Below, in pieces: positions 1 through 13,095 of a stretch of DNA of 64,000 bases. Location of the stretch: contig NC_133622.1 in assembly GCF_048593235.1 (NCBI RefSeq), positions 216,721,198 through 216,785,197 on the forward strand. Reading direction: 5' to 3'. The notes under the pieces are model-generated. The model ran no database searches. It was not told where the DNA came from and was given only the letters and a program-made list of their open reading frames with translations. The stretch's first letter is position 1, and each line of letters starts with the position of its first letter. A program made the position numbers and the translations under genes. The stretch comes from Sminthopsis crassicaudata. Lineage: Eukaryota.

Positions 1-1100
1 AAGCAAACCCCACCATCAGATTTGTCCACTAACATCAACAAATTACTTCAGTTTATTTGTCCATCTTACTGAAGCACCAGAGATTAGAGTGAGGACCTAA
101 CAAGATCAGTCCAGAACAAAGTAGAGTTCAACTCCAGGGAAGCCCGGGAACGTTCTCTCCCAGAAGTCACCCTGAAAGAGGCTGAGAGGACAAAAATTGG
201 GGCATGTCCACCATGGACACCTGGTGGCAAGGAAGAGAAAGAGGAAAAAATTAGGGAGAAAAAAAAAGATTAGGGAGAAATTAAAAAGAAAAAGGAAAGA
301 AAATAGACTGAAAGGGATGGGGAGAGAGATAAAGGGGGAGAGAGAAAGAAAAAAAGAGGGGAAAGAGAGAGACAGAGAGAGGAGAAGGAAGGGAGAAGGG
401 GAGAGAAAGAGAAAGACAGACAGCAGACATAGAGACAGACAGAGGAACAGGGAGAATGAAAATATGGAATATAAGGAGTGTCTGCAAAGAGTAGAAGAGA
501 ATTGAGATCATGGATTTGACCTTAGAATGGGAGAGAGTGGATGATAACACAGAAATCTGATGGCAAGTGGGCTGAGGGAGCACATGCAGGATGAAGTCGG
601 GGGTTGGGGAGTACAGACAGAAACAGAAGATTCAGATCACATTCTATGAATAATGAGCTAAAAAACAAGGTGGTACAGAAATGGGGGGCCTAACTGAACT
701 TGGATAGCACCACCTTATGAAATGTTTGACTTTATGACAAACAGCAGCCCTGGAACATGATTGGAGAAATCAGATGGCTAGATTTACCAGAGGGTGAAGA
801 TCCATCTAGATGGAGAAAAATCATGGGAGGCAAGAAATTCTAAGATTGTAAATAGTGGAACATAAAAGTAAATGGCCATGAGATCAAAGCGGCTGCCAGA
901 GCAGTGAAGTCAGATGGGGAGATGAATTCATTGTACAGGATTGAGTCACAAGCTCTGAGGTCATAAAAATGGTCAAGATTCAGTTCAATGTGAGTGAGAA
1001 GCTGAAAAACCAGTACCATTAGACTCCGTTTGGGGTCTTGGAGGAGATATCTAGACAGAAGTCTGCTCACAACCTGGATCCTCCTCCTCTCCTGGGTTCC
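1..1100 (-). mobile_element. Highly degraded L2 ORF2 remnant, interrupted by purine-rich low-complexity sequence (230-480)
   Basis: Pattern similarity to L2 body sequence only; no intact frame. Confidence 0.4.
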
Positions 1101-3270
1101 CTCCTCCATATTTGGTTTTTAAAATCTTTCACACCCTGACCTCTTCTTTCCTTTCAATTCTTCTTCCCTACAATTCTCCTTCACATTTCCTATGATCTTA
1201 CAACTGCCCATGTGGCTGCTCCTTATGAGGCCATCCCAAGTTAAGTCTTGTTTAGCCAAGCTGGAATAAACAGCAGACCCCTGGCTTCCAAATCAAGTCC
1301 TGCCCTCAAATTTGACCCCAGGTCTTTCCTGGCTCCAAGTCCAATGAATCTTCTAATTACCAACTTTGGTTATTTTACCTCCACATGGAGTTCTTTCTGC
1401 ACATTCTTAATGCTATTTACCCCAGGACATCTCCTTGGACAGACCCATGGGGTCTATTGCAGTAGCCTCTGAAGGTTTTCCCACCTCCACTCTTTCCTCT
1501 CTAGTCTCAGATTCATTCAATGGCCAAGTCACTGAATCAGCTAGAAGCTTTTTAATGACCTTTTACTAGGTCTTCTTCGGGCCCTCCCCTCCTCACAGCC
1601 AGGTACCACCCTCACTTTTCAGCCCTAGCCCAACTCAGCTGCCCCCATTCCTTCCACAAGCCTCCCAAACTCCAGCCTTCCCTTTGCTGATTTGGCATCC
1701 TCCTACTCTAGTGACTTATCCATTTCTTAGCTAGCCCCAAGGCTACCTCAGGAGGATTCCCTTCTCTGGGAGGCACCCCCTGACCCAGCACTCCCTTTGT
1801 TCTGCCTTTTTTTATAAACAGTGATATGGTTACCTTTAGAGATTTGTGTCGGCTCTCAGTGCCACAGAACAAGGACCACATCTTATCTACAATTTGTGCA
1901 CACAGTAGGTTTAATGAAAAGCACTAAAGTACGAATGACTCAGTCCACCCTCTGGATCCAAAAGTTCTATAATACCTTAACTTTACCTTCTTATAGCTTT
2001 CTCTCCAGCTTGCTATTTTCACTGTGCCACATTTTAGGACTGGTAATATCAAATGTCATTTAGAAAGTTCATTGAACTTGGAGGCAGGAAAAACCCAGAT
2101 TCAAATCCTGGCCCTGATACTTGCTGTGGGATAGTGGGCAGGGTGCCTAATTTCCCAGAGACTCCACTTTCTTAGCTGTAAACTGAGGGTGATAATACCT
2201 CTACTACCTACTTCCCAGGATCGTTCTGAGCACAGTGCTTTATACATCATAAAACCCCAAATGTGAATTAGGGATTCGATATGAAAATTAAGGGAGAAAA
2301 AGAGTCAGGTCTGACATTACACTTACATTATTGAGACACTGGCAGACTTGATATTTTCAATAGACTGTTGAATTTACTCCTACAATCAGCCGTAAGTTAA
2401 TGGAGGAGCCAGACTGTCCTGAGCCTTCTCCCGAGTTACCTGAGTAAATCTAGACCTTGGTCCCCTGGACACTCCCTGACGGTCATCCCATCCCTTATTC
2501 ACCCAAAGGCTGTCTGACTGCTGATGCTTTTTGGGTGGTAGGAATCCTACAGCTCAGCAAGGAGAGGCTCTCGTTGTCCTCGGAGACTTCAGAAGCTCTT
2601 AGTGACCAACAGCCGCGCCTAAGAGATAAATCAAGTTTGGGATCTTGTGACATGCGCAGAGGCGTGAAGCAATTCTCCAAGCATTTGTCACTTTGACAAG
2701 AACTTACTGATTTTTAAATTGCCATAACAAATGTTCATTCCATGCTCTTCTTCTAAAAAGAAAAAAAAAAAGATCAGACAATGATTAGAAGTTTTAAATT
2801 TTAATAAAACTCTGGTCACTTTTAAAAACAACCTTTGATACTACAGTTGGTTTCAATTTTGTTGTCAATAAGATGCTGGTATCAGATTTTGTAAAAAAGA
2901 TTTGTATTTACTTCCTTTTAAATAGTAAAAATGCATGATTCTGGGACACAGATTTTGAGGGAGTAGATTTTTTAAAACATCCTTTTAGGAAACAAACATT
3001 ATTTCAGCCAAGTTTATATATAAATTACCATCCACTGACCTGAGATCCAAAGCTAAATAACTCTGTCCTAACTTTCCTCTTTACAGAACTCAAGATTCTC
3101 ATCTCTGTTTTCAGTACAATACTAAATGCTGGTTAGTGGCTTGTTTTTTCAAAGAAAATGTTTGCAGGAAATACTAAAATCATCAATAATTCTGGTTTCT
3201 GATTCCTTCATAAAATGCTATCCTATAAAGAGTCATCTAAGAGTTATCTGAAATAAGCAGTTTAAAATGA

Positions 3271-3373
3271 TTTATTACAAGATTTATTCTAATCACATTG
3301 TTATACATAATCCTAAAAACATACATTGTAGACATACATTATGGAAGAACACAAGAACAGCTTTGATTTTATT
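3271..3373 (-). terminator. Candidate CCDC34 polyadenylation signals
   Basis: AATAAA on the minus strand at 3373-3368, followed by the GU/U-rich tract ctgttcttgtgttctt, and again at 3288-3283 and 3276-3271. Which signal is used cannot be determined from sequence. Confidence 0.5.
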
Positions 3374-3637
3374 GGTGTTACAAAATAGTTACAGACAAGT
3401 TAAATACAAACATTTCTCAATCGCATAGATGCTAATTTTACAAACATACAGCCTTGAAACACTTATAAAAATAAAAAAAAAATTGTGCAAATATCTCCCT
3501 TAATTAATTGAAGGTTCCTACCAACAAATACAAAAATGGTAACTGGTAAATCATCACGCAAAATACTGAGCTAATCCTGAGTTGCAAAAATAGTTCTAGG
3601 TTTTTAAAAAGAGGTTTTAAGCTATTCAGTACATATA

Positions 3638-3858
3638 CTATCTTTGTATTCTGCACAGAGTTCCAAGGCAAAGATTGCCCTTGTTTTTATGAAGAACCAA
3701 AGATGAGGACCTGAAAGGCTGAATGGATAGAGGTTTTTTGCTCTTCTTCTTCACAGTATTAGCAGTCTTTGGTTCCTTAGGTGGGGGAATGTAAATAGGC
3801 TTCCATGGGATTGGATTATAAAAACTCGGAGGTGCGTAGGCAATTCCACTGTAGTAAC
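3638..3858 (-). CDS. CCDC34: CCDC34 last coding exon (221 nt; YYSGIAYAPPSFYNPIPWKPIYIPPPKE...NLCLGTLCRIQR*)
   Basis: Acceptor ttcttag|. Contains the FYNPIPWKPI motif and the C-terminus NLCLGTLCRIQR, with TAG at 3640-3638. Confidence 0.97.
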
Positions 3859-5979
3859 CTAAGAATGAAAAGTAGATTGATTATTCCCCCAAAGCTCTCA
3901 TTGTTTTTAAAAGTGCAAGAAAGATAGTAAATCATTCCCAATGTATACATGAACCAGATGGGAAAACAATTTAAAATTAGTCACTCACAATGCAACAGAA
4001 GAAAGCCTCACTGATTTGGACTAAGTGGAGATAGTTTATTATAAACCGTCTGGCTATAGAAAAAATTTCAATCTGAGCATATTGAAAAGAAATGCAGTTT
4101 TCAAAATATACTCAGTCAAAAAGCATTTATTAAGGACTTCCTATGTGCCAGGCACCATGGTAAGTGTTACTATGACATCCTGAAGCTTAAACAATAAATT
4201 GTTTAATAATAAATCAGGACATCATATGAGCTGAATTAGTTAAAAACCAAAATGACAAGATTAAAAGTTGAGAAGAGCCTTCATCAGCTTGAGTCTCTTC
4301 ACTGGAAATGTGACTCATTTTAAACTAAAGGTCTCACAAATAAGGCCCTGAAATTTTAAAGAGAAGTGATCTAAAATATTTAATTCAATATGCATCACAC
4401 ATCGTACCTAAATTTACTTAAGGCCTATATTGGCATCATTCAAATTGACAAGGATTACTATCACTTTAATATACAATTAGTTATCAACAGTTCCTATTGT
4501 AATGAATGTATGTGATTAAATGACATTTGCGGCTCCTTATATGAATTTATGAAAAAAGGCCAGATGACAAATACTATGTAAAGATTCAAATCCCCTTCCT
4601 TTCATATATTTCACTCAAAATATTTTTTTTTTAAAATGATTGTGATTTGGATATAAAAACTACCACAGAATAGTTTAAGACTGTTAGAATAGAGACAGTG
4701 GGTCATGAAAATATATATAGGCCAGAGAGTTCACTGAGAGTTGGCTGAATTCTTTTTCTGATGCTCATCTTGTCACCTGGAGTTTTCCAAGTATCAAGAT
4801 ACCAATACACAAAGTGACAATAATAATAGTACCTACAGTACCCTATCTGTGGGTTGAACTGGGTTTTTATAAGGATCAAATGAGATAAAATAAGTAGAAT
4901 GTTGTTGTTTTTTTAAAATATTAAATTAATATACTATTTTTAGCTGCTATCATGACAATATTCTTATACAAACAGTTCTTAGGGGGGGAAATTAGGTGAT
5001 ATTTGTTTAAAAAAGCTATCAATATAAATTTTCTTTAAATGGAAGAATCCATTTAAAAAACCACCCAGCAATTTAACTCATCTAATGATGATTAAGTCCT
5101 GATTGGTAAGAGAATACCTAGTCATAACTTTGTCTCTAATATTCACTCCCCTCTGATTATAACATCAGAGCTTAATTATTACCCTTTTTCAAACACATAG
5201 AAGCCAAACCAGTAAACTCAGTTCAGAATCTGTAACTGATGACCTCTGTGCCATGCATAAGGTCTACGCCCTGACAGCAAGAATGTGTCACTCACACAAT
5301 GGCAGCCCCCATCAATGGTGAAGATATTTCAACACACACTTCACCGGGGTGGTCAAAACAAAGTCTGGAATATGTTCTATTGTGTGAACACAACAGAATG
5401 GGAGTATTTTTAATAAATCACTTAGACAAGTGAAGGCAGCTGTCAGCAAGTTATGAGTTTCCAACAGAAAGCACAAAGAAACTATGCCCCACCATCTATA
5501 ATCAGACCAAGCATAAAGAGCAACTGGTTTTCTGTCTGGTTCATGTGCTGTCTGGTGTTTGGAGTTACGAGAATAATCTCCCAAAGAGATCTGTAGCTGT
5601 AATTTAGATAGGGTTAAGAAGAGTAGCAAACATGAAACCTTTCCAGAATAAGCCTTTATGGGCCAACTGGAAGAAATGGCAAATTTTCTACTATGTTTTC
5701 ACCATCAAACATTCTCATTGATTTAAAAGCACAATTTTACAACAACTGCTTTAAAATTCACAGCTGCTTTTGAGAGAAATCCAACTCTGATTTAGAAAAT
5801 CATTTCATTTGTGATTATATAGAGAACTTATACTCAGTTTGCTAAAATAGCAATTTTAGATAAAATTGTTTTATTTCATAAACTTTTATTTTTTCAAGAA
5901 GAAACAAACAACATGAAATTTCCTCCCCCAATCATGAGCTCATTTGCCTTTATTTAGGTCACAGAGAACAAGAACTAAC

Positions 5980-6121
5980 CTGTCAGTTTCCCATTGGCAT
6001 AAACATAGCTCCTTGGAATGACACGAGGTTTGTTTTTCACATTTTCCAGCCATTCCTTGAACTTCTTTTCAGAGATTTCTTTTTTTTCTTGCTGTTCAGC
6101 AAGCCGCTGCTTTTCTTTTTC
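5980..6121 (-). CDS. CCDC34: CCDC34 coding exon 5 (142 nt; EKEKQRLAEQQEKKEISEKKFKEWLENVKNKPRVIPRSYVYANGKLT-G)
   Basis: Boundaries ttttaag| and |gttagt. EKKFxEWLEN...YANGKLTG motif; phase 1 matches the last exon. Confidence 0.96.
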
Positions 6122-6821
6122 CTTAAAATGATGAAATGAAAGATCTCTTGAAGGAAAGTATTCAAATCTATGTGAGATTTGGTCATTTCATCTAAGAGAC
6201 TATCTACTTCAATTATTCATTACCTTCAAACAATAAATCATCTGAGAGTGATTTCTGTGAAATTTACTCTCACCTGAGACATAATGAAAGCCCCTTTCCT
6301 CAATAACACTCAAGTCAGCAAGAGCAAGGAGACAACTGCCATTTACTTTTTTGAAAATATCTGTTTCGACCATTATGAAGACACGACTCCTTACTATAAT
6401 ATTATAAAATGTTCCAAAATAGTTTAAAATTATTTGCTTTAAGCCTAACAAAATCCCACTCCCAACAAACATAAATCAAATAGAGCAAAACGTTCCTCAA
6501 AAGCAAAATGTTTTTTTTAATGTCTTAAACATATGACTTAAAGAACATCAGAGAATAATTTATCTCATGCCAATTATCTAGTGTCTGAATACCTTTTCCC
6601 AGATAAATCAAACTCACATGGATACTAAAAGATGAGTGTTTAGTTGTGCCCATAAAAAAATCTCACAATATTAACATTCAGAGAGCACCTGTCTGTTTGA
6701 AAGATGAGGGAATCTGAGGCCCAAAATGTTAAAAGCTCACAAAATTATTTTGTCTACAGCTAAGCCAGGATAAGGGTCCTTGTCTCATGACACACCTCTC
6801 TGCGTCACATTGGATTCATAC

Positions 6822-6980
6822 CTTTTCCTTTTTTTTTTTCTCTTGTTCTTCAGCTATTTTTTTCCTTAACCATTCTTTATACTTTTCTTTGGCTTTTTCT
6901 TGCAAATGTTCTTTCTCTAGGTCCTTTGCTGCTTTTTCTTCCATTTCTTTAATTAGCTTCCGTTCCCTTTCTTTTCTTTC
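6822..6980 (-). CDS. CCDC34: CCDC34 coding exon 4 (159 nt; ERKERERKLIKEMEEKAAKDLEKEHLQEKAKEKYKEWLRKKIAEEQEKKKKEK)
   Basis: Boundaries tttaaag| and |gtatga. Close match to CCDC34 KEMEEKAAKELEKEYLQEKAKEKY. Confidence 0.96.
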
Positions 6981-7439
6981 CTTTAAAAATAAGCAGGAGA
7001 AAAATCTAACAAAAATCTAAAAATAGGTGAAAAACTAACAATTTCAAACAATAAAATTTAATTAAATGGGACTCCTTATAAAAGATAAGACTACTGACTC
7101 CATAAAGAAATCTAAACACACGTACATTTCCTAGATAATAAAGTTTGCAAACATTAATTCCTGTACATCAATTCAACAAATATCTATTAATCATCTAATA
7201 GTACAAAGGCCCTAAGGGATTAAAAAAAAAATCCAGAAATAAAACTTATCTCTGATCACATTCAAATGAGGGGATGGGGAAGGAATATATCTCAACATGT
7301 ATATAAGCAAACATTATACAAAGTAATAAAGAAATTATTATATTCTATCAACTGATTTCACTTTCTACTTAGTATCCAAATATTGTCAAATACATGCTTG
7401 AACCAGAAATGCTGAGAGCCTTCCCCTCCCAGATTTATT

Positions 7440-7737
7440 TGTTTGTTTGTTTATTTGGAAAGAGGCCATTCTTTGTTTTAATGGGACCTAATATTATTCA
7501 TGAATAGGTGTGATCTCAGTCAGACTGAGTTCTGTTAAAGACTTGAACTTAAAAATAAGGCCAAGGTCTTCTACTGCATCCAGGGTCATCTCCGGTCATT
7601 CTGATCTGTATTTTGCCACTGGACCCAGATGGCTCTGTGACCTTGCACAGCTTTCCCTCACTGAAATTCAATTCACTTGCCATAGTGTCACCTCCCTGAT
7701 GTCATGGTCCTCTTTGAGAACAAAGGACAAACAACAA
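7440..7737 (-). mobile_element. RTE-derived SINE or fragment (WALLSI/RTESINE-like)
   Basis: Reverse complement begins gtttgtcctttgttctcaaagaggaccatgacatcagg and is homologous to 21430-21700. Confidence 0.7.
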
Positions 7738-10700
7738 AAACAAGGGGGAGGTGGAAGGAAGAGAATTCAGAAACGAAAATAAAACTGAATGTAACAGAAC
7801 TGATTTGTAAACCAAAAATTACATATACAAATGTAGGAAAAATATATGGTGTCAAGAGAACAATTTCTTTTTTATATCAATATAAATTTGAGGAAAAATT
7901 GTCCAAAGCAAAAATGAAAAAGGAAGTGGCATTCTACATAAGAATTCCCCAATGGGACAAAAAGGTCTAAAGACTAGAAAGTATTTTGTAGAAAACACTA
8001 GGGAATTGTTATTTATAAGAAATTTCCAAACGAGAGGGAAAAACTAGTGCAGAAAGTTAAGTAGTACTGGGACCCTGAACATCCTCAGAGGGCCTGACCT
8101 GCTTTGGGATGACTCTTCCTGACCCTTGATGCAGCCCAATAACACTCTTATCAGGCAGAATCATTAAGAAAGATATCAGTAAATTATAAATAAACAAGAG
8201 GAAACCTAGATTGATAGGGACGAGTAGGAGTAAAAGAAGAGAATGAATGTTTACAGGGTTTAAAGTGGAAAAAAATTTATTAATCATGAAAAGAAACTGA
8301 GAAATGGGAAAAGATGATTCCTGAATTATAAGCCTAAACATATAACATGTTTCTACAATCATAAAATGTAAAATGTGAGCTTCATAAGGACAGGTTTTTT
8401 ATTAATGTGTAGCAGCTTTGGGCACACAAAATGCTCTTAATATTGGATAAAGGAATTGTATTGTTAAGTGAGAAAAAAGAAACAATATAGAGATACAGTT
8501 TTCCAACTAGCAATTACAGACATCTACTTCTAACCACAATATACAAAAAATCCTTTCCCTCTTACTCTTTGTAGAAAATTTCATACTAGCAAAGATAATT
8601 TAAAACACTTTATGGTTACAAAGTACATCACACATCTCATTTGATCTCTCACACCAAGTATATGAGGCAAAGAAGTCAATATCATTATCTCCATTTTACG
8701 AGAAAAGCAAGACTAAGAGAGAATGTTCTGTGATTTGCTCAAGATTAAAAATTAGTCTAAGGTTAGGCTTGGCCTGGCACCACTCAGCTCATCTTAACCT
8801 AACATTCTTTCGACTATGCCAATCTGAAATTGATGTTTCCAGGGAGGCAAAGTACCCCACGAACACTTAAGATTAAAACTACAGGTATTTTCTTGCTGAA
8901 TAATCACATCTTATACATGGACTAATTGGATTTAAGAATTATCTGGTGTTTTGATAAATACCATTATGCCCATGACAGTGGTAGTAGCTTTTATCCAGAA
9001 ACATCTACTTTGTGGTTTCACAAGATATGTTATTGAGTCAGACTTGTAAATATAAGACAAGTCCCTTAAAAGCACCCAGCAATTTGGGAGCCAGATGAGA
9101 TGACTTTCATTCTTCTGCAGTTCCTACTGCAGTTCTAGATGCTAAGAAACATAGAAGCAAAGGTTCACTAAACCCCGTTCTGCTTCTTTCTGATCCTTTC
9201 TTTCCTGTCTTCCACTAATTTCTGCAGACAGTCCTCTAAAGCAAGAATGGGAAACCTTTTTTTCCATCAAAGGCCAAAACTGAATATTTATTTCATCATT
9301 CAAAGACCATATGAAATTATCAACTTCTAGAACTCAAGCTACGTATAAGCTTTTAATCTTTCACTTCTTGAGTTCTAGCTTCCAGATTCATCATTGCCTA
9401 CAGGCCTTAGCAAACTTTCACCAGTCTTATATATCCCCAAGCCCAATACTTTCCATTTCTGCTCTAAAAGGAAGGAGCTGAAGGACAATAAATAATGCCC
9501 ATCCAAGAAACCCTTTACCTTGCCTTTGTAGGATATATTTGCCTATTCTTTACAGCACTATTTCTAGCTTCTACATTTTTCCCTTTGGTTGGACAAACAA
9601 ACATCTATCCCAAAACAAGAAGAATCATAGTAGAAATACCAATAATATATAGTTAACTAGATAGGCTGCCTTTATTATCACAACTGTACAAATACATGTT
9701 AGCATACCAACCCCACTGCACATTAAATAATCCTATGTTGTGGGAACGGTGGCAATGACTTTCATTTTAAAATATTTTAAAACAATTCTCTTTGAATATA
9801 AAATAATCATGGTTAAGAAAAAGAAAACTGTCCTTCAAAACAAGAAAGAAAAGTTTAGATTAATAAGGCTGAACAAAAAGAAACAGCCAAATGAAACAAG
9901 TCATTTCTTTTTAGAGTCAATTTCAAAAATGGGCCAATGAAATGGGCATCAGGAACGCCACTTGTCAGTCAGTTAGAGACCAAAATGAAAAAGACCTGAA
10001 GAAAGAAACCACCCTTGATATATCTCAAGCATGGACAGAGTCTAAGGCAGCTGAGGACCACACACAGGGAATGTAAACAAGGAAGGAGGAAAAAATGAGA
10101 TGTCAGACAGGAAGAGAAAAACCAGGGGGCCCCACTTTTGTAAATGGATGTTAAAATAGCCCAGGCTGGAAATCAGAAAAAATCTGACAGGCTTAAAGAA
10201 GAGAAGAAATGAAGTAAATCACAGGGGGTTGGATCTAGAACTGAACAGGACCACAAAGATCTTCTGGTCCAAACCCTTCATTTTACAGAAGAGGAAATTG
10301 AGAGTGAATAAGTCAAATAACTTTCCCAGAATCAAAGAAAGAGTAAACAATAGAACCAGCATTTGAATTCAGGTCCTCTGCCTCCAAATAAGACATACTT
10401 TTGTCTAACACCAGCCTGGCTCCCGAAATGACTAATGGTACTCTAGGGATTTTGTGTGCTCAGGAATAGACATCTTTCCTGACTGTATACTTGATCTCTC
10501 AAATAAAGAAATAGGCAATTTGCAACCACAGGACATATACACCCAAAGACTATAATGTCCTCTTAATTAAATTCTAGCTGCAATTTCTATCTAAAAAAGA
10601 AATCACATCTCACATAACCTTTAATGCCACCAATTAAACAGCATAAATACACACATATACACATATATATTTCACCTCACACCATTATACTGCATTCTCA

Positions 10701-11579
10701 GAAGTCCAGCACCCTTGTTTAATTGATTAGTGTGGTAAAATTAGCTTCATGGAATTAGAAGATAAGATAAGAGGCTTTTAGCAGGAAAGAATGGCATAGC
10801 ACAATGTAGTTCATAAATATGAATTTTAAAAATGCATGAAGCAAAAGCTTTTGTCATATTCATATCTTCTACCTAGCTAGCCAGGAGCTGGGGGGGATGG
10901 GGGTGGTAAGAGATGGAAAGGAAGGGGAGAAAAGATATTAAGGGGAAGGGATCAAGAAAGTAGAATATGAAAACTATTTTTAGCTACCTGAAAGACTATC
11001 AAAACACTACATTTTACTGCAATTCAGAAGTCCCTCAGTATAAATTGATGGGATTTTATTGTAATTATGAAAAAGTAGAATCATGATTACACTCGATATA
11101 AAAATTAATACTGAAAGTACTACCCCTTTAAGTGAATAAAATTAAAATGGAAAATATGATGTACTCAAAATTGCTATGAAAATAAATGGTCATTTTCCAT
11201 TTCATATCCACCAAGGCAATGGATCCCTCATGTATTACACTTGACTCATTCACCAAATATTTATTGAGTACCAATTAACAAGCAAGAAAGAAAACATAGG
11301 TAGTAAGCTAGGTGTGATTTTCAAGGAGTTTATGTTATATAACGGTAAATAATAAACATAAAAGAATAAGTAATATCCAAGGCAGTATATGATAAGCACA
11401 AGAATGATAAAGAATACAAGTGCTTACTGCTTGAGGCTGAAAAATAGAAATGAGGAGATTCAAGCTGGAGTACAATATGCAAATGTTTATCAGAAGATAA
11501 AATGACAAAGATAAGCTGAGGCCCTATAGTAGAAAGCTTTAAAAAGAGAGACCAAGGAATACAGACTTTATCCCATAGA

Positions 11580-12044
11580 TGAGGGTTTGATGGGGGTTGG
11601 GGTCCCTTTAAGATTCCTTTCTAATTGCCCAACTCATGTCTGACCTTGATTCACAAATCCTGGTCAAAGGCACCCTTTGAATATCTGGGCCCAGCCCCCA
11701 CTATCAGCTCAGCTTCCCCCAGCCTTCACTTGATCAGAGGTAGGGGTACCGCCCAGATCTTCTAGATATAAAAAGGGCCAAGCCTGAGCCCTCTTCATAG
11801 GAGCCCTCCCAGCCAACACATGGTATCCTTCCAACCATGTAAGGGTTCCTGCCCGCCTAGCGGCCACCTCTGGCCCTGGCGTCTTTCTAACTGAACTTTA
11901 CTTCCAAATTCCTACAACAAACCTTTTATTTATCAATCTAGGTTTTCGGGCCAGTAAATTCATTTTAAAGAGGACACTGCGCCTCATGGGATTATCTTAT
12001 TATCTATGCGCCGAGAAATGGGGTTCTGCCTTTCCTTTCCCTCA
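11580..12044 (+). mobile_element. Solo LTR (465 bp) in CCDC34 intron 3, antisense to the gene
   Basis: Terminal inverted hexamers TGAGGG...CCCTCA and 5-bp flanks ATAGA/TTAGA. TATAAAA at 11767; degenerate poly-A signal AACAAA at 11916. Confidence 0.85.
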
Positions 12045-12049
12045 TTAGA

Positions 12050-12232
12050 TTTCTTAAATTTTTTTCACTCACAACCCCTTTTAACCCAAGAAAATTTTAT
12101 ATGACTCCAGGTATTTGAGTACACAAAATAGGTATACAAATCAAACATTTACTAATAATAAATCATAATTTCACAACCTTCGCTTTCAGTTATGAATCCC
12201 ATATGGGATCACAAACCTCAGTTTAAGAAGCT
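12050..12232. mobile_element. hAT-type MITE
   Basis: Inverted termini ttcttaaa ... tttaagaa with an AT-rich interior. Confidence 0.55.
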
Positions 12233-12987
12233 TGGTGACAGACAACAGGAATCTCAAAGATGATTTTTGAGCCACCTGACACAATCACAATAATGCTTTA
12301 TCAAGAATAATCTAGTAACAAACAGAGGATATAGATTGGGGACTAGGTGAGAGACCGGGGCAATGGGACTATTCAGGAAACTATCATCTAGACAAAAGTT
12401 AATAAGGGCCTGAATTAAGTGAAAGTCAAAGGAATAAAAGGAGAAGTGATATATGCCAAGAGATATTATACTGTTAAGGAGAGAAAACTAGAGACGCTAA
12501 ATGGGAGAAGGGAAAGGAAAAGAAAGAGAATGAATAAAAATTTTCAAGCTTTGTTTACTGAGAGAATGACAGTATCATCAACAGAAACAAATAATCAGGA
12601 AGAGTTATTTGGAGAAAAAATGGTTGAATTCAAAGGACCACACATTTCAAGTGGAAAGGGCTTTAGAGGCCATCTTGCCCAACCCGCCTCTCATCTCATA
12701 GAAGAGGAGCCTGAAAACCTGCCCAAAGTCTTACAGATGATGAGCAGAAATCGTGCTACCCTGGAGAGTCTGAGGTGCTGACAATATGTCCAGACATTCC
12801 AAGATGGGAGTCACCTGCACCAAAAGTTTGGGCAAGAGGATGAAACTGCCTGGGAGAGTGCAGAAGGAAGAGGGCAAGGGGAAGCCGGAAGGCCTGGGGA
12901 AATCCTCAGGAGAAGGAAGAAGCAACAGCAAGAGAGGAAGAATCAGCAACTAGGTGACCCAGCTTGACCCTCAGGCCAAATTCTTAC

Positions 12988-13095
12988 TTGTTCATTCTTT
13001 TTTTGAAGCCATTCTTTGTGTTTTTCCTCAGCATTTTTTTTCCTTTTTTCACGCTCTTCCTCTTCTCTTTTTTTTTCTTGTTGTAAATTTAGTTC
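12988..13095 (-). CDS. CCDC34: CCDC34 coding exon 3 (108 nt; ELNLQQEKKREEEEREKRKKNAEEKHKEWLQKKNEQ)
   Basis: Boundaries aatag| and |gtaaga. Coiled-coil segment with AEEKHKEW as in CCDC34. Confidence 0.95.

Noticed and set aside
197-505. 102-aa K/R/E-rich ORF whose end (LQRVEEN*) loosely recalls the C-terminus of the syntenic neighbour BBOX1
   Set aside because: It is the translation of purine-rich low-complexity DNA, starts at TTG, and has no other BBOX1 motif upstream.
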